In this document: piece by piece, positions 63,919 to 64,000 of the stretch
How positions within the stretch are numbered: the stretch's first letter is position 1
How the letters are laid out: every line of letters starts with the position of its first letter
NCBI GenBank assembly: GCA_002269645.1
Contig: NIVC01002173.1
Location: 1-64,000, forward strand
Direction: 5' to 3'
From: Macrostomum lignano
Taxonomy: Eukaryota
Length of the DNA stretch: 64,000 nucleotides
The notes under the pieces: generated by a model
Database searches by the model: none
Seen by the model: the letters and a program-made list of their open reading frames with translations, nothing else
Told to the model about the DNA's origin: nothing
Translations under genes and position numbers: made by a program

Positions 63919-64000
63919 GTGCCGGACCATCAGCTGCAGCCAGTGCCGGACCATCAGCTGCAGCCAGTGCCGGACCATCAGCTGCAGCCAGTGCCGGACC
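63919..64000. repeat. Minisatellite, 24-bp unit gtgccggaccatcagctgcagcca, running off the window end
   Basis: 3.4 copies visible. Confidence 0.9.

Overview
Eukaryotic (animal) genomic DNA. GC-rich exons, introns filled with minisatellites and AT-rich, transposon-littered spacers resemble a flatworm genome such as Macrostomum; this assignment is inference only. I reconstructed five protein-coding genes by hand from splice sites and phases: (1) an intronless PLEKHH/MAX-1-like PH-PH-MyTH4-FERM gene (-, 2575-7051) broken by two single-base frameshifts; (2) a short CCDC88/Girdin-Daple (Hook-domain) gene (-, 13612-19184); (3) AP2M1 (-, 26247-28361); (4) a DLG1/SAP97-type MAGUK (+, 35188-57422) with a probable alternative terminal exon giving an L27-PDZ1-PDZ2-only isoform; (5) an ATG16L-like coiled-coil/WD40 gene (-, 60234 to at least 61650). 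Between them lie three non-autonomous DNA transposons with intact TIRs and 8-bp TSDs, a Crypton-type tyrosine-recombinase remnant, a decayed PHD-finger ORF with CpA-to-TpA stops, and more than 20 distinct tandem arrays, many starting right at splice sites. There is no CRISPR array, rRNA or intact tRNA. I found no clear-cut new biological system. The best leads are the truncated DLG isoform, the splice-site-hugging minisatellites and the Crypton remnant.
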